A DNA stretch of 64,000 nucleotides from Selaginella moellendorffii (Eukaryota > Plantae > Lycopodiophyta). The position numbers and the translations under genes are program-made. The stretch lies in NCBI RefSeq assembly GCF_000143415.4, contig NW_003314319.1:648365-712364 (forward strand), given 5' to 3'. Of the stretch, positions 10,909 through 22,687 are shown one piece after another. Within the stretch, counting starts at the first letter, position 1; every line of letters begins with the position of its first letter. Under the pieces are notes generated by a model that saw only the letters and a program-made list of their open reading frames with translations, was not told the DNA's origin and made no database searches.

Positions 10909-12594
10909 TTATTGTGTAAACGTTAGTTTCTTGGACAGCAACAATAAAGGAGTAGCACTGTGAGGCTGGATCTCCGCGAAGTTCTTGGCAGTGGCATTGG
11001 TAATCCCACTTTCAGGAGTGTCACAAGCTTCCAGCAAGCTCGTGTAACCCACACTATCGGGCTCGAAAGGCATGCTTGCCAAAAGCTCGGTAGCTTCCAC
11101 AGATTTCCCATTGCGAGCGAGAAGATCCACGATGCAATGCCAGTGTTGGGCACTAGCATCAACGCCATAGTCCTGTTGCATTGAAACGAAGCACTTCATG
11201 GCTTTGTAGATAGATCCGCAAAGGCCCCACGCCACGAGAGCGCTCACAAACACGATGGAATCGAGCTCGATCCCTTCCACAATGGCATCAAACAACAGCG
11301 AGAGAGATTCCTTCGCATATCCACAGCAGACATAAGCTTGTATGATAGTCGTGCAGCTCACAAGGTTAGATCTTCGACCATCGCTCACATCAAACAAGCT
11401 CCGTGCCTTTGAAAGATGCCCAGTCTGGGCATAAGCAGCGATCATAGAGTTCCACGTAATCTCGTTCCTTTCGCACATTTGATCAAACACTTCTTTTGCT
11501 GCTTGGATATTCCCAAGCTGTGAATACGCCCATAGAAGGGCTGTGTCAGATACCACATTACAAAATGGAAGGCTCACTACAAGCGCTCGGAGACTCTCAG
11601 TATGCCCAGTGAGGGCATAAGCCATTGCTAGCCCGGTCCACATTTCCAGATTCCTTTCGGGCGTCCTATCAAACACATACTTGGCCTCCTCCACATACCC
11701 TGCCTGGGCATATGCCACAAGTAACACTGTCCACGTCACGATATTACGCTGGGGGATTTTCTTAAACATTTCTGACGCTTGATCCAAATCTCCACTCATT
11801 GCAACGGCTGAGATTATTGCATTCCAGGCAACAATGTTAGGCTCTGGAATATCCCTAAAAAATTCCCATGAACTCTCCAGAGATCCTGATTGGAAATAAG
11901 CCGTGATCATAGCACACCATGCCACGACGTTCCACTCCGGCATAGAATCAAACACGCGGCGAGCATCTCGTAGATGCCTACCATGGGTATATGCCGTAAG
12001 CATCGACGTCCATGACACAATATTCTTCTGCGTCATGCTGTCAAAGATTCGCTTTGCGTCGTCCAGATGCCCGGCCCCGGAATATGCCGCAATCATCGCA
12101 TTCGAGGATACTAGATTCCTCTCGGGCATTGCCTCGTAGTAGCGGCGGGCGTGGCCTAGCAGTCCAATGGAGGTGTAAGCTGTGATTATCGTGTTCCAGG
12201 AGATCACGTCAGGGTATGGCACGGATTCGAAGGCCGCGGCAGCAAGATCGATGCGCCCTAGCTGCGCGATCGCGGCGACGAGGATGTTCCACGAGGCGGT
12301 GGTCTTGCGCGGCATCGCGTCGAAGATTTCGAGCACTTCTTGGAGCGATCCATTCTTGGCGCACAGATCGAGCATGATGTTCCAGGAGAGGGGATTAGGG
12401 CGTTGGATGGACGCGAAGACGCGGCGGGCGCCGGGCAGATCGCGGCACTGGCCGTGGATCTGGAGCAGGAGATTGGCGAGGTGTAGATTTCCGCCATAGC
12501 CGCAGTGGAGGATGTGGCGGCGCGCGAGATCGCAGCTCGCGGCATCGGTACACGATCGCACCAATCGGTCACAGGCCTCGAAATCGGTGAGCAT
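10909..12594 (-). CDS. PLS-class PPR protein with E domain
   Basis: Tandem S-type repeats (NIVSWTSMLTAY) and HWHCIVDLLARNG. First ATG at 12594. Confidence 0.92.
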   Translation of the reverse strand: MLTDFEACDRLVRSCTDAASCDLARRHILHCGYGGNLHLANLLLQIHGQCRDLPGARRVFASIQRPNPLSWNIMLDLCAKNGSLQEVLEIFDAMPRKTTASWNILVAAIAQLGRIDLAAAAFESVPYPDVISWNTIITAYTSIGLLGHARRYYEAMPERNLVSSNAMIAAYSGAGHLDDAKRIFDSMTQKNIVSWTSMLTAYTHGRHLRDARRVFDSMPEWNVVAWCAMITAYFQSGSLESSWEFFRDIPEPNIVAWNAIISAVAMSGDLDQASEMFKKIPQRNIVTWTVLLVAYAQAGYVEEAKYVFDRTPERNLEMWTGLAMAYALTGHTESLRALVVSLPFCNVVSDTALLWAYSQLGNIQAAKEVFDQMCERNEITWNSMIAAYAQTGHLSKARSLFDVSDGRRSNLVSCTTIIQAYVCCGYAKESLSLLFDAIVEGIELDSIVFVSALVAWGLCGSIYKAMKCFVSMQQDYGVDASAQHWHCIVDLLARNGKSVEATELLASMPFEPDSVGYTSLLEACDTPESGITNATAKNFAEIQPHSATPLLLLSKKLTFTQ

Positions 12595-12806
12595 CGCAAT
12601 TCTCTCCACTGGATCGCGCAGATACCGCCAGGCGGCATTTCGAAATATGGCGGGAGATTCCCGGGGGATATTCTTAGGGCATCGCGCTTTTTTTGACTTG
12701 GAGATAGCGTGGCGCGAGGCGAGGCGATGGTCTGGGCTAGTCCATCAGAAGGTACATTGATGAGAAAGCGCTGGGGATGAAGTAGCAGTGGTGGAAGCGA
12801 GCGAGA

Positions 12807-15789
12807 ATGGTTCTCAAGGACACAGTAGAGATCAAGCCGGGCTTTCTTTCCTACTTCCATGCCGATCTGATCGAGAGCCTCATGCAAGGACTTGGAAAGC
12901 AGGGCAAGAGCAAGAAGGACAAGGAAAAGAAGAATGCCGGTGGTGGTGGCGATCAGGCCTCGTCCAAGCGCAGCAAGGCTCTCCCATCTCTCAATCTCTC
13001 CAAGGTGAAGAAGGGGCTGGATAAAAAACACGGGTCTTCCCGGCGTGATACGTCGTCTTACAGTGGGAGGAGGGAGCATTCGCTCGCTTGTACCGCTTTG
13101 CAGCAGCGCAAGACCGACGCACAGCTTGAGAGCATGACGCTGAGGACGCCCAGGAAAATCGACATAGTGTTCGAGAATGACGTTACCAAGCGAAAGAAGA
13201 AGCAGGATAGCTATGCTGAGAGGCATCAGGAGAAGTTTCTTGGAGAACAGCTCAGGCCGTACCAACAGCAAATGATTCTTCAGGCATTGAACTATGCTCC
13301 GATAGTTCACGTCGATCGAAGGATTTTGGCTGAGGTTGACGACAGGAAGGTGGACGAGATTTTAAATCCGCCCGAGGCTTATGAAGAAGCGACATCCCCC
13401 GCCCAGGCAGCCGAGACGAAGGATATAGCCAGTGCTCGTGACCTGACAGTTCCATGCTTGCTAGCTTCAGAGGGTCAAGAGCAACAGCGTGACGCCACGC
13501 CGAGGAAACAGGCGCTTAAGTTTACGGAAACGAAGGATGCTGTGAAAAAAATGTCACACAAAAGCTCAAGGTAATGGTAGCAAGTAGAAAAAACATTTTC
13601 TAATGTCTTCGTTTTGCAGGGTTTCGGAGAAGGCGACAACAAAAGCTGCTCCAAAGCAATCGGTTTTGAAGCCTTTGAAACTTCCGGACGCAACCAAGAG
13701 TTCCGTTCCCATAGGTACTTTGCTTTCCCATTAGCTTCCAATATATCGCCCACGACATTGCTTTACAGGTTTTGGAGGTGAACCAGCAGAGTCTCCTCAA
13801 ACTTCAAGGCCTTCCAAAGTTGTACACTTGATTATGTTCACTATCTTCTTACCAGTTTGCTCCTGCTCTGTCAGGTGGTTGTTGAGCCTACGCCAAGGAT
13901 GGCACAAACGGATAGAAGCGCGTATGCCGATGTAGCCATCCCGCAAACTGTTGTGCAAACTCCATCGAAAGATTGGGAAACTTTTATGACTCCGGAAGGT
14001 AAAACTATCGTTTATTATTCAACATGGCTTAATTGTTTTGTGCGTTCAGCGGTTCTGAAACAGTATCCAAGCTCCCTGACGGACTTCGAAAAGCAGGAAA
14101 TTTTGAAATATCCTGAAATTTACTATATCGGTTTACCACAGAAGAAGATTCAAGTTGTCGGAGGGCAGGGGCGATACAATTATGGTAAATTTGCTTGATT
14201 TGAAATACTCATGTTTTCATGCTCTTACAGGTTTTGATACTGAGAAGGGAGACTACAATGCCATCATGCAGGACCATATCGCTTACCGATATGAAATTCT
14301 TGGGAAGCTTGGCAGAGGCAGCTTTGGCCAGGTGTTGAAGTGCACAGATCACAAGTACAAAGTTCCGCGAGCCATTAAAATCATTCGCAACAAGAAGCAG
14401 TTCACCCAGCAGGCCTTCATTGAGATTAATCTGTTGGAGTTCCTGAGAAACAAGGTGAGATTAATTGTTTTAACATACAAGTCGGGATTTTTAAATCAGT
14501 GAAAGCGTAAAATACTTCCTTTGCTGGTTGAAAGGTCTTTGCAGGCTGCAGAAGAAGGAGTAGATTACAACATTGTGACGATCTACGAAAGCTTCGAATT
14601 TCGGGGGCATCTATGTCTGTCTTTTGCAGTGCATGACATCAGCCTGTTCGACATGCTCAAGAAGAACCATTTCGAAGGGTTCAACTTGAGCCTTGTCAAG
14701 TGCTTTGCCAGACAAGTACTTGTGTCGCTCCAGTTTTTGCACAGAGCGCGTATTATCCACGGCGATTTGAAGCCGGAGAACATACTACTTCAACAACCTG
14801 CTTCTCCGAAAATCAAGCTAATTGATTTTGGATCCAGTTGTTTCGAGCACGAACGAAGTAAGCTCCTGTTTTGCTACTACGTCTGATTTCTACTCTTGTT
14901 TTGTTTTTCTTTTTTGCAGTTTATACTTACATACAGAGTAGATTCTATCGCGCTCCGGAAGTCATCCTTGGTATCGACCAGACCCAGATTTTTGCAGTTT
15001 AAAACGCTGCTTACGGGAAATGTATGGTGATTCCAGGATTGCCGTATGACATGATGATTGACGTGTGGAGCTTCGCTTGCATTCTTGCCGAGTTGTTCAC
15101 AGGTAAACCATTCAATTTCTCAAAATGTTTCAAATATCCACTCGACATGTATTCAGGATATCCTTTGTTTCCTGGGGAGGACGAAGTGGAACAGCTTGCT
15201 TACATGATGGAAGTTCTCGGGACCCCGCCGCTATCCCTCATCAGTCAAGCAAAACGCAAGAAGATGTTTTTCGGTAAAAGTAGTTCTTTTGTGTCTCTTG
15301 GCTTCTAGGAGTTCTATTTGCCTGCGTAGATTCCGACAACAAGCCGAGGATCGTTCCAAACTCATCCGGCACGAGGCACTTCCCAAGCACGAAAGATCTC
15401 AGGATGGTTGTCGGATGCAGTGACAAAAGCTTCGTAAACTTCTTGTCATGCTGCTTGAAGTGGGACAAAGAACAACGCATGACTCCTCAGCAGTTGCTAA
15501 AACACGAGTGGATCACACAGGTTCTACTTTTTCCTCGCGAGAGTTTTGGTTTGATTGGCTTCTACAGGTCCAGCCTCTCAACGAGGTCGTGAAATACGTT
15601 CGTCAAAGCTCTAGAAGAAGGTTCTCTTTTAAACTCGAGAAGTTCGATCCGTCTTTGTCATACGAATTTTTCTTCTTTCTTTTGTCTCAGGTCCTCGAAA
15701 TCAACGAAGAAGCCATCAATGAAGCAAACGAAGCTGCAGATCCATTAGCGTGTAGGCTAGAATGTGTTTATCCAGTCCGACTAACTTAA
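12807..15789 (+). CDS. Class-2 DYRK (DYRK2/4-like) kinase, multi-exon; 3' end approximate
   Basis: NAPA-like [21 protein letters not shown]-box [50 protein letters not shown] and [12 protein letters not shown]. Confidence 0.9.
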
Positions 15790-16023
15790 TCAGGGAGGCT
15801 TTAAAAGCTGCCCTGGGAATCGATCCGTTACCTTGTGGGGTACATACCGGAATATCCGTTGAAAGTTTTTACGATAGTGTGTTTGAAATTGTTTGGGTAG
15901 CGGCAAGGGTTTTTGCGCCCGGGGCGTGGGAGCTGCCATCGATCGGATCGAGGCGGCAATGCATTCCAGCGCGAGCGGATCCTGCGATGGTGTCCTAGCA
16001 TCCGGCATTTCGGCGCGGGTAGC

Positions 16024-19000
16024 ATGAATCAGTACCACATCTACGAAGCAATCGGCCGGGGCAAGCATTCGGTGAGTAGCCTCCTTGCCCGAGCTTTAGG
16101 GTTTCCAAGAATGCTGCTTCTTCTCACCGTGGGCGCCGCGATGGCAGACTGTGTACAAGGGCCGCAAGAAGAAGTCGATCGAGTACTACGCCATCAAGAG
16201 CGTGGAGAAGAGCCAGAAGAACAAAGTCCTCCAAGAAGTAAGTGGCCGTGTCTATAAAACGTGGGATTTGCACTGTATAGACTATAATAACCTTTGTGTG
16301 CCAGGTTCGAACGCTTCATTCCTTGGATCATCCAAACGTTTTGAAGTTCTATGCGTGGTAATGAGGTGCTCTTCCATTTTTCTTTCTGATCTAGTTTCGT
16401 TCTTCTCGTTCTGTCTCCTTTCCAGGTATGAGACTTCTGCTCACTTGTGGCTGGTTTTAGAGTATTGCGTTGGAGGCGATCTTTTGACGCTGCTCAAACA
16501 GGTGGGCATAGATTTGGCTTTTATGCATGGAAACGGAACGGTTCACAGTTTACCCAGCTCTATGATCTGTCTTGCAGGATACTAGACTGCCTGAAGAGTC
16601 GGTTCACGATTTTGCCCGTGATTTAGTGGAAGCGCTACAGTTAAGTTGTGCTTGTATATATTCTCCTTGACTAATACCTCCTTGTAGGTTTCTGCATTCA
16701 AAGGGAATAGTTTACTGTGACCTTAAGCCTTCGAACTTACTGCTTGATGAGAATGGCCGCATCAAGGTCAGACATACATGCATTTTGGTCGTTTGGGCAC
16801 TTTTTGACTCTTCTTTTGCAGCTGTGCGATTTTGGTTTGGCTCGACGACTCGCTGACATTTCAAAGAACACTGTTCAACAGGTACTTTTCGTTGAACATT
16901 CTTGTTGATGTGAAACGCAATTCTTTTTATGTCAGCTGCCGCAAGCCAAGAGAGGCACACCATGTTACATGGCCCCAGAGCTTTTTCAGGGAGGTGTTCA
17001 TTCTTTTTCATCTGATTTATGGGCTCTTGGCTGCGTCATGTACGAGTGTTATGCCGGAAAGCCGCCATTCGTTTCCACGAGCTTCACACAGTTGGTGGAG
17101 TCTATTCTCCATGACCCAGCCCCAGCGTTATCTGCGTCAACGAATAAGGACTTCGAGGATCTTCTGAGCCGGCTCCTTGTGAAAGATCCTGCGGAAAGAA
17201 TGAAGTGGTCGGAGGTACGGGATCATTCGTTTTGGAGGAAAAAAATCAAGCCTTTGGTGTTACCGTCACAACCAGCTTTTCTGAAGTATCTGGATTCGAA
17301 AAAGACTTCAGAACCACAGGATATAACAGAAAAGTCACGGAATGGTGGATCGGGTCCAAAGCAGCAGCCGGCAACAATCAAGAAGCACGAGTACTTGCAC
17401 AAGACAACAGACAAAGGGGAAACTATCGCCAATGGAAAAACGCCTCCAGGGAGACGTCCAGCATCTTCAGGGCCGTTGACGGAAGCTTCAGGACGAGCCA
17501 ATGCTGTTGTCAACGTCTTAAGACTGTCGAAGATAGTGAAGACGAATTTGCAAAGAGAGGCCGAAGGGGATTCATACCGGCAGCAAAATGCTGGGGCAGC
17601 TACAAACGATTCAGATCTGACGCTGGAAAACCATGACCAGGAACTCGACTTTGCGGAGCGTCCGGACACCGATGGAGAAACCGAGGATGACGAAAGTGTC
17701 AGCGCTGCGGAAGCTACAACACATGACGAAAGCGTTCACGAAGATGGAGCGGATAGCAACGGCAAGGAGCTGGATTATGATAAAAACGTGGAAGAAGTTC
17801 GTTTGGAGGCTTTAAGAATGGAGGTTGCTGCTACGCCCCCTGGTGTTGGAATACCGAGGAAAGCTCAGAGGATTGCTGCTTTAACGGGAGAGAAGAAGAA
17901 ACCGGCTGTCTCCAAAGCTGAGGATCATCCAAAGGCTTCAATCACGTTATCTCAGGCTCTCTGGCATCCGTCCGACCTTGCTGTGAGGCCAATTATGCAG
18001 AACCGCAAGGCTGACCAGGCAGCTGACGTCCGTTTCGATGGGAAAACGCTGCCAGTGGATTCGCTCTCGTCGTCAGAGTTTTTGAAGCTACAACCCGACG
18101 AACTGGAAGCGTTTGTGACTCGGATAATGAGCAGTATATGTGGGAATACATCTGTCAACGAGAAGATGAACACGCTCAAGTATCTGGAGACTATCTGTGT
18201 TAGCATGGATGCTGCGAACGTGTTTATCAACGGAGTTCTGATGCACTCACTTGTCAAGCTACTGCGAACAACGAAGCTACCGGCATTGCGAGTGCAACTT
18301 ACGTCCGTTATTGGCCTTCTCGTTCGACATGCAACACTGATTGAAGACGACCTTGCGAGCTCAGGTATCATTGCGGTTCTAACGGAAACTTTAAGGGACA
18401 AGCAGGAAAAAGTGCGCCGTTGTGCCATGGCATCACTTGGCGAACTGTTATTCTATATTGCAACTCAAAACGGAGGGTCTCCAAGATCTGGGGCTGGTCA
18501 CGACAACGTACCAAAGGAAGGAAGATCTTCTGTTTGGCAGGTTCGTCCTCTGAGCATTACATACGTTCAAGTTTTGATTTTCTGTTATTCTCCTATCAGG
18601 TTCCCAGTACGACGATAGCTCTTGTGGCATCTATTCTCCGGAAGGGCGAAGATGATGTCACTCAGCATTACGCTCTGAAAGCGATTGAGAACATTTCAAG
18701 TCAAGGAGGAGAGTGGGCGGCCCGTTTCACCACTCATGACGTGCTGGGGAATCTTTGCTATATAATGAAGACTTCATCCAAACAAGAAGTTGTTCGATCA
18801 ACAGCAGGGTCTTGCTTGGTGCGGTTGGTCCGTTTCAGCCCTTCAAGCGTCGCTGTGGTTCTGGAAAAGGTGACCTTTAAAGAGCTGATCGCTGGTTTAT
18901 GCAAAGGAGGTGCAAAGCTTCAGCAGGTCTACATCAACCTCCTGAACATTGCGCTAGTCGGATCTAGCGTGATGAACAATGCCAGCAGGCACTTGCAGGT

Positions 19001-20659
19001 GCTCTTCGACGAGAAGGCTCTGATTCCCAACATCATGGCCATCTTGGAACAGGGTCCGGAAGTTCTTCGCGGCAAGGCGTTCGTTTGCGCCGCTTTGCTG
19101 TGCAAGATCAACCGCAGGTGGATGCTGTCATTCTGCAACGCTAAAATTGTGCCAGCCGTGGAGAGACTGACGAAGGAAAAGGATGCTTATGTCCAACAGT
19201 GCGTTGACGCGCTCATACAGATCGTGGTCTCGCTAGTTCCGGGCATCCTTGACAGCATCGGTGCCGATTTCCAGCAGTCAGCAAACAGCAAGCGGCCAAG
19301 CTCGGCCACCACGACTCAGCATGCAACTCTGGGACGGAGTCAGCCTCGAGGCTCCATGCCGCTCTTCCCAGTCGTACTACATCTGTTTCGGAGCTTGACG
19401 TTTCGGGACAGGATTGTCAACGCGCAAGTCTTACAGCAGCTGGCCACCTTTCTGAAACGGATGGAAGCAGCAACGAGTCAGGTACTGATTGTGATTTGAT
19501 TTTCTCGTTTACGTGGCTTTCTTCTGCACAGGGCCAGGATGACTTTCAAACGACACTGCTGCGAATAATAGAGTCAATATCACAGCAGCCGAGTATCCTC
19601 CTGGCGCACCAGGAGATCTTCATAACGCAAGTGCTTCCAAGCCTGGCAAATCTCTACAGGAGAAACACCTGCGGAGATACGCGATTCCTGTGCCTCAAGG
19701 TCTTCTGCGACATTCTTCTCGTCATCATGGACGACATGGCGGAGCAGTCGAGCGGCACGAGACAGGACCAGATGAGGCTGATCATCAAGCAGTATTTCCT
19801 GCCACTGTACCCCGTGCTGCTGGACGACGAAGACCCGATCCCGATGTACGCCCAGAAGCTGCTGGTGATGCTCCTGGACCTCAGATGCATCGACATCAAC
19901 GACATTCTCCAGCTCAAGATCGTCTCCCAGTTTTTCGAGTTCCTCAAGGAGGACCTCGCCACCGTCAACCTCCACAACGTCCGGCTCTGCCTCTTCCTGG
20001 TATCGTCGCAGGAGGTGGAAACCGCAGTGATCTCCGAGCTGCATGTAGTGAGCAGGTTGGTCGCGCTCCTGGAGTTCGTTCACCTCAAGGGGATGCAGGA
20101 CTTTCTGGATCCCACGCTATCCGTTTGCCGGCTGCTGCTCATCCGGAACGCGGGGAAGCTCAAGAGCAGTGGAAGCAGCGCCACCAACAACGGTTTCAAA
20201 GTGGAGGAGCTGCCTTCTCAGCTGGAAGACGTCGGGGGATTCAGCGCGCGAGCGGGGCTGTTCGTGGACCTGTGCGGCAATCCGGAGCCCCGGATCGCCG
20301 AGACCGCGTCCGAGTGCCTGATACTGGCGGTGAAGGCCGCGCCGGGGCTGGCGGCGCCGTCCGTCCTTTCCAGCCTCCAGGAGCTGGCCAAGGTGCTGGA
20401 GAGGTCCACCAGCGGAGGTCACGGCTCGGCGCTGCTGTCGCTGCTCCAGCGGCGGCTCCTCCAGGCGCTCACGCTGGCGTGCAAGGAGCAACGCCTGGGC
20501 GATTCCAGCGGCAGGAGGAGCGCGTCGGCGTGGCCGGCAGCGGCCGTCACGTCGCTGGAAAACGTGGTGCTGCGCCTCCGAAAGTCAAGCTTGCCGCAGG
20601 TGGCAGATGCTGCGGTGGACGCTGCGCTGGAGTTGCAGATCCTCCCGGGGAGATCGTGA
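16024..20659 (+). CDS. RUK: RUNKEL / ULK4-like kinase with HEAT repeats
   Basis: [80 protein letters not shown] and [16 protein letters not shown]. Confidence 0.95.
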
Positions 20660-22687
20660 AGGATAGGCTAGAGCAAGTCCAGCGAGACAAGCGAAAGTCT
20701 ACGTACGCGTTGGTGCTCACTCCTTCTCGGCCACTGTTGTTGATATAGTTTGTGTACAGCCAAAAGGTGTCTCTACCTCTTCTGTCGTGTCGTATTCTTT
20801 CTTGCTCGTCTTTGTGGCCAGTGACCTTTCAATTAAATCAGGGGACACGCCATCGTACTTCACTGCAAAGGAAAATAAAATAAAATAAAATAAGAGACAC
20901 TTAAGTCGTCAACGGTTTGTGAGCCACAAAAGTTGGGAGATTTTACCTTCTTCCAGAACAGTATCTGGCCTCTTTCGTTTCATTTCTACAAACAGTTCGC
21001 CACCTTGCAAATCCAAAGATTCCGTCCCATTCAAATTCAAACATTCCGTCCCATGGTTTCTTGTGGAAAGTTCGTAAAGTCAAAGAACGAACACAAGACC
21101 GGCGAGGAGCCTGAAACTTCGGTCAACCAAGTCAAGGAATAAACACGACTTTGTTCAACATAGTATTTTTTCCTGACATGATCAAACGAACGGGTTCTAT
21201 GCTTTGTTGCGCGGATAGGATGAGGGCTCGTGGTGATCCGGTGGCGGCGTCGCGCAGGATTTGGATTCCCTGCGGGATCGATTCGCTTGCAAGCGCGTGT
21301 GCGCGTCGGATCGGATGATGAAGCGAGTGGGCAGCTTTGCAAAGGATGTGACGCACTGAGTGTGGGGTCTCGGATTGGATGCTTGCGCCGAGGCGTGCGC
21401 TCGATCCGCTTGTTCTACGCAGCATCACGTCCCCAATTGGAACGATGTTTGTATGCGGCGATGCCAGAGCGAGTGCCGAAATCACGAGGGACACAGAGAA
21501 TATTTTTTCTCTCTCGTGGCCAAAATGCCGCCCTTCGCGATTTGACATGTTGAAACTTCTTTCACCTTTTCTAACACACAGTATTGTCAAAGTCAAAAAA
21601 CGAACAGCAGCCTGAAACGTTTTTCTATCGTCAAGTCAAAGAACGAACACAAGAGCGGTAAAGCTTTTCTACCTTGGGCTCACTGTTGACTCGATCCATT
21701 GACCCACTTGTGTTGTGCATCAATGATTTGTTTAGTGGCGCACACCATCACTCCATGGCCCCGCAAAAGGAGCGCTACACACTCTACAGAGCAAGTAGCT
21801 GAGCAACGCTGTCATAAACAAAAGAGGAACATAGCGAACCTTTTGAGAACTCGAGGCGCGATTCCAGCAACTGCGCTCTTCCTTGTTGATTAAATCATCT
21901 GATTGCTTGCTTTAATCCTGCCGACACTGTTTGCAAAAATGCACTTCCCTCTGCTTGTTTGTATCGTCGTTGTCTAGAGCTGTTTGTTTAGCCAGTGATT
22001 CCTGGAACAAGAGCGTGGAGATCAGGAAAAACGAGCAACTGGTTCCTTGCGGGAGATCATAAACTTACCCGTACAAGTAACACCATCATCTTTGATGTTG
22101 ACAGATGCTGTCGGCCACCACTTGTTCCAACGTGAGTTATCTTCGCTAAATAATTGCACAAGATGTGTTAGACCATGAAGTTAAAAAGAATGGAGGTACA
22201 TATATATATATCTCTTCTCTGGCCCCAACATCTTCTTTGCTTGCGGAGCCATTGATAGTCGAGAAAGAAAAAACCAAAAGGAATAGAAAGAAGAAAAAAA
22301 AAAAGAAACAAGCAGCGAACAACTATACACCCCACCACAGCATGACAATTACACTAATCCAGCATCGCTCCCAAGGAAAGAAAGTCTTTCTTTCCTCCCC
22401 CCCCCCTCGCTTTCTGGAACTCCAACCTTTCACACTGAACACTTACGGGGGGGATCCAAATCTTGACCATCCAGCGAACAATGCGTGCCTCCCGTGCTAG
22501 CGGACGCGTGAACGATCGATTCCAGCAACAGCGAGCCACCCCGTAATGGACCGAGCTGCAAGTTACTGAAACAAAGTCAGCCGAATGGCTTCCGAAAGTG
22601 ACTCGAGACGCAAAGCTGGAGGAAGGAGGGAGCGAGGAAGTAATAAAAGTAGAGATAGAGAAGTACCTTTGAAATTCAATCATGCGC

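Noticed and set aside
12258-13310. 350-aa minus-strand ORF across the PPR/DYRK junction
   Set aside because: Overlaps two real genes and has no family features.
19690-20748. 352-aa alternative-frame ORF and antisense ORFs over the last RUK exon
   Set aside because: Shadow ORFs arising from high GC at third codon positions; no recognisable motifs.
21312-21360. C-box/D-box-like motifs suggesting a snoRNA
   Set aside because: Too short, with no terminal stem or recognisable guide sequence.
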